Assembly: GCA_002189035.1 (NCBI GenBank)
Contig: NEEC01000007.1
Location: 1,922,001-1,986,000, forward strand
Reading direction: 5' to 3'
Origin: Utricularia gibba
Taxonomy: Eukaryota; Plantae; Magnoliophyta
Length of the DNA stretch: 64,000 nt
Shown: positions 61,183 through 64,000 of the stretch, one piece after another
Numbering within the stretch: the stretch's first letter is position 1
How the letters are laid out: each line of letters starts with the position of its first letter
Notes under the pieces: generated by a model
What the model saw: only the letters and a program-made list of their open reading frames with translations
What the model was told of the DNA's origin: nothing
Database searches by the model: none
Translations under genes and position numbers: made by a program

Positions 61183-63910
61183 ATCTGTTGTGTGGTGCTC
61201 CGCCTTACGTTAGACTCATGGACTAAATGTATTTCATCTTCTATTTATCCTTTAAATTGGCATGAGCACTGCAAAGGGTAGACAGTGTTCTGACTTCGTA
61301 TGTGGAAGAACCGCGCATGAACAAGCGCGGTGTTTCGTTCTTGATCACTTTTCCGCAAACATTGTGCTGCAACTACCGCCACATTCACAGCAGTGCTATC
61401 GAGAAGTGATGGACTAGCACCGCGTTGGTGCTACATATTACGAAGCACCACGTCTAGACACAAAGAAGCATATCCAGTGAACGCACCGGATGTTTTAACA
61501 TCTGGTGCTTTCGAGATGTTTAAACTACGTTGAACCATACTAATGTTATTTTGTACAAAAAAACCAATATTTTTTTATGCATTTTGATCTAATTGCTATT
61601 ATTGAACTTGGATACCATTATTAATTTCACATAACAAAAATATACACTACAAGCACAGGTTAATTTTGATCGATTCCAATTCTAGCATTATACACTTTGT
61701 GTTTGAAATGACCTTTATTGGATTGAGTTTATATGTATTTGATACGAGAATTAGCATTTTAGCAATAATACACAAAATTCTCATTTGTTGTGGGGTAGGT
61801 GATAATATAGAGTTTTCAGTATTTTAATATCAAAAAATGAGTAGTATTATGATATAAAATTATGATTTTATTAAAAAATTTGGGCATTTTTGTAATTGAG
61901 ATTACAAATTGAGATTAAATACTTGATTTAGACCAAATCTTTGATTTAATTATTTTCATTAAAGCAATGCATCACATTCTCATTAATCCAAATAACAAGA
62001 AGCCCAAAATTCACAATGAAGATGACATAAGAATGTTGACAAGGAAGTAGAGAGAATACATCAAATCCAAAGAAGATAGAATGAAAATATTTGGACTAAA
62101 GAATACAGGGAAGAAAGAGAAAAATATCCGAGAGTTCAAAAAACATGCAAAGTAGTCAAGAGAAAAGGATTCTGGAAGAAAAATTGTACATGAACTAATA
62201 AAAAGAAGATGGACGTAAGAATTCAGCTCATTCTCGATGATTTCTTTTATTCAAGAACACTACTCCTAATGAGGAATAAATTGCAATGTTTTAGCTTGAT
62301 AAACGTTTGAATGTGATACTAAATGTCGTGGTTTAATATATTTAATGTATTAAAAGAAATTTATAAATCATTTTAACAAACTAAATAGTTTTTACTCTAT
62401 TAAGACTTAAAAACATATTAGAGAAAAAATGAGAATTTTCGATTCAATTGTTATCGATTAAGGCTGTTTTCACAATAAACACATTTTAACAAATTAAATA
62501 TACAAAAAAAATTAGTACACTAAACAACATTTAACTCTATAAAACACAATTAATATATATATATATATACAATAAAAACAGTGTTATCAATTCTACATAG
62601 AATTATTTACATTTCTCAGTCAATGTTTATTTTTTCTTTATTACATTGCAACTTGAACATGTTATGTATAATGTTTTATATAATAATTTTATTTTTCTTC
62701 TACATGAGTAGTTAAGCATTAAGTGGTACATTAAGACTAAAAGGGACAAGCATATTCATTATTAATTAAGCTATATTAACAATATAATCACACTAGTTTC
62801 TTAATAAAGCAGAATAGATTTAGAAGTAAAAAATATTGGAATGATTATCATAAGTCAATCTTAATTAGATTTAGATTAAAGATTAGGGGAAGACAAGGCT
62901 TTAGGAAGATTTGAACTTTTGTTGATTAGATAAATAATTTTTTGTTGCAATAGAATAAATTATGAGTATGTTTTTTATTGAAGTCTCAAATTATTATATT
63001 ATTTTTTTAGGTAGAAATTTAATTTACTCGTTTATTACTTTACTGTTTTTTATCCTATAATTGTATTAGTCCTATTTTAAATTTCATTTTCATTGTGAGA
63101 AAAATAGAATACGTAACATCCACACAACAAGTACAATGCTTTTTTGTATTAGACCCTAGTTTCATTGTGCCCATATTTTATTAATGATTGATTGTCAATT
63201 AGACTTATAAGTTTATTTGGTAAGGGAATTGACATTTTATATAACGATGTGTGAATTTCTCATTTATCACTGAGGGTTTCTAAGATCCATGTTATGAAGT
63301 TACGGCACACATGAGTGGGATGGACGTATTTGGCTTTGAATGTTCGTATTCGCACATATTGGAAGAAATTAATCATTGATGGATGTCCATTATTAGGTGC
63401 ACTGAAATTAATGTATATACTTAGTTTTTCTAACCATTTGTCCCTCTAAAGTCCATGCATTTTTCAATATCCACCTAGTTTGATTGAGAACGAGCCAAAG
63501 CGCGTTACACCACCCTAAAGTTCCATGCCCCTGCCACATCTAATTATTTTAAAAAATAATTATTTATCGTTATTTTCACACATATTAAAATTAAAAAAAT
63601 TAATTATCATTTTATCCTTACATTCGTTTTAACATTTAATATTTATAGTTTTACTTTTTTTTCTTTGATGAAAAAAACATAATACAATATTATTAGAGTC
63701 TCTATATTTTTAATATATATCTTTTCTTATCCATAATAAATGTAGTATATCATCTAACCCCCTAGCCTTATCGACCTATATATCCATCCATACTGGACTA
63801 TTCGTTTCGGTTTTGTCTATGCAAAACTAGACACACTATTAACTATCCTACGAAAACCATATATTAAAAATAAACATTATCTTCGGTAAATATCATTTGA
63901 TATCCACAAA

Positions 63911-64000
63911 TATTGAAATTGGATCTCATAGTCCTAAGTCTGGAGTTGGGCCACGAAAATTTGAAATGGGCCTACAAAATGAAATTGGGCTCAAGAATCT
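63911..64000 (+). repeat. Direct repeat copy 2 (runs off the window end)
   Basis: Matches 58454-58546 at an offset of 5457 bp. Confidence 0.9.

Noticed and set aside
61600-63900. AT-rich tail as a coding or structured element
   Set aside because: There are no ORFs of 60 aa or more, no TIR pair and no tandem periodicity beyond a short (TA)n; it looks like degenerate intergenic or TE-derived DNA.
58454-64000. LTR retrotransposon or TRIM interpretation of the direct repeats
   Set aside because: There is no PBS or polypurine tract at the expected positions and no gag/pol remnants, and the similarity begins before the TG dinucleotide.
1-64000. tRNA, rRNA, CRISPR arrays or prokaryotic operons
   Set aside because: No cloverleaf with A/B boxes, rRNA segment or repeat-spacer array was seen. 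The window is spliced eukaryotic plant DNA.

Overview
This is plant (eudicot) nuclear DNA from a very compact genome. About 17 intron-containing or single-exon protein genes sit in the first ~58 kb, with many 60-160 nt introns, followed by an AT-rich, repeat/TE-derived tail (58-64 kb). The compactness resembles miniature genomes such as Lentibulariaceae, but the species cannot be established from the sequence. Gene order: ankyrin-TPR (+), MED15a (+), LRR pseudokinase (+), PPR OTP43-like (+), U-box PUB4-like (-), arogenate dehydrogenase (-), bHLH LRL-type (+), MPH2/TL16.5 (+), phospholipase D alpha (-), FATB (+), cytochrome b5-like (+), PDE327-like FAD oxidoreductase (+), MED7 (+), plastid PSRP7/EF-Ts polyprotein (+), a 72-aa four-exon microprotein (+), AMP deaminase (+), AMT2 (-). 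After these come a candidate orphan 100-aa charged protein gene and a decayed PIF/Harbinger Myb/SANT ORF, bracketed by a ~90-bp direct repeat 5.46 kb apart. Several features are missing from the ORF track: a box C/D snoRNA in intron 1 of the microprotein gene, the microprotein and cytochrome b5-like genes themselves, a perfect 179-bp tandem duplication in the MED15a promoter, and an unexplained spliced minus-strand unit at 46.9-47.6 kb. Five single-base deletions break three genes (ADH, PLD x3, PETs). They are most likely long-read consensus errors. Gene names come from recalled similarity to known Arabidopsis proteins; no database searches were run.
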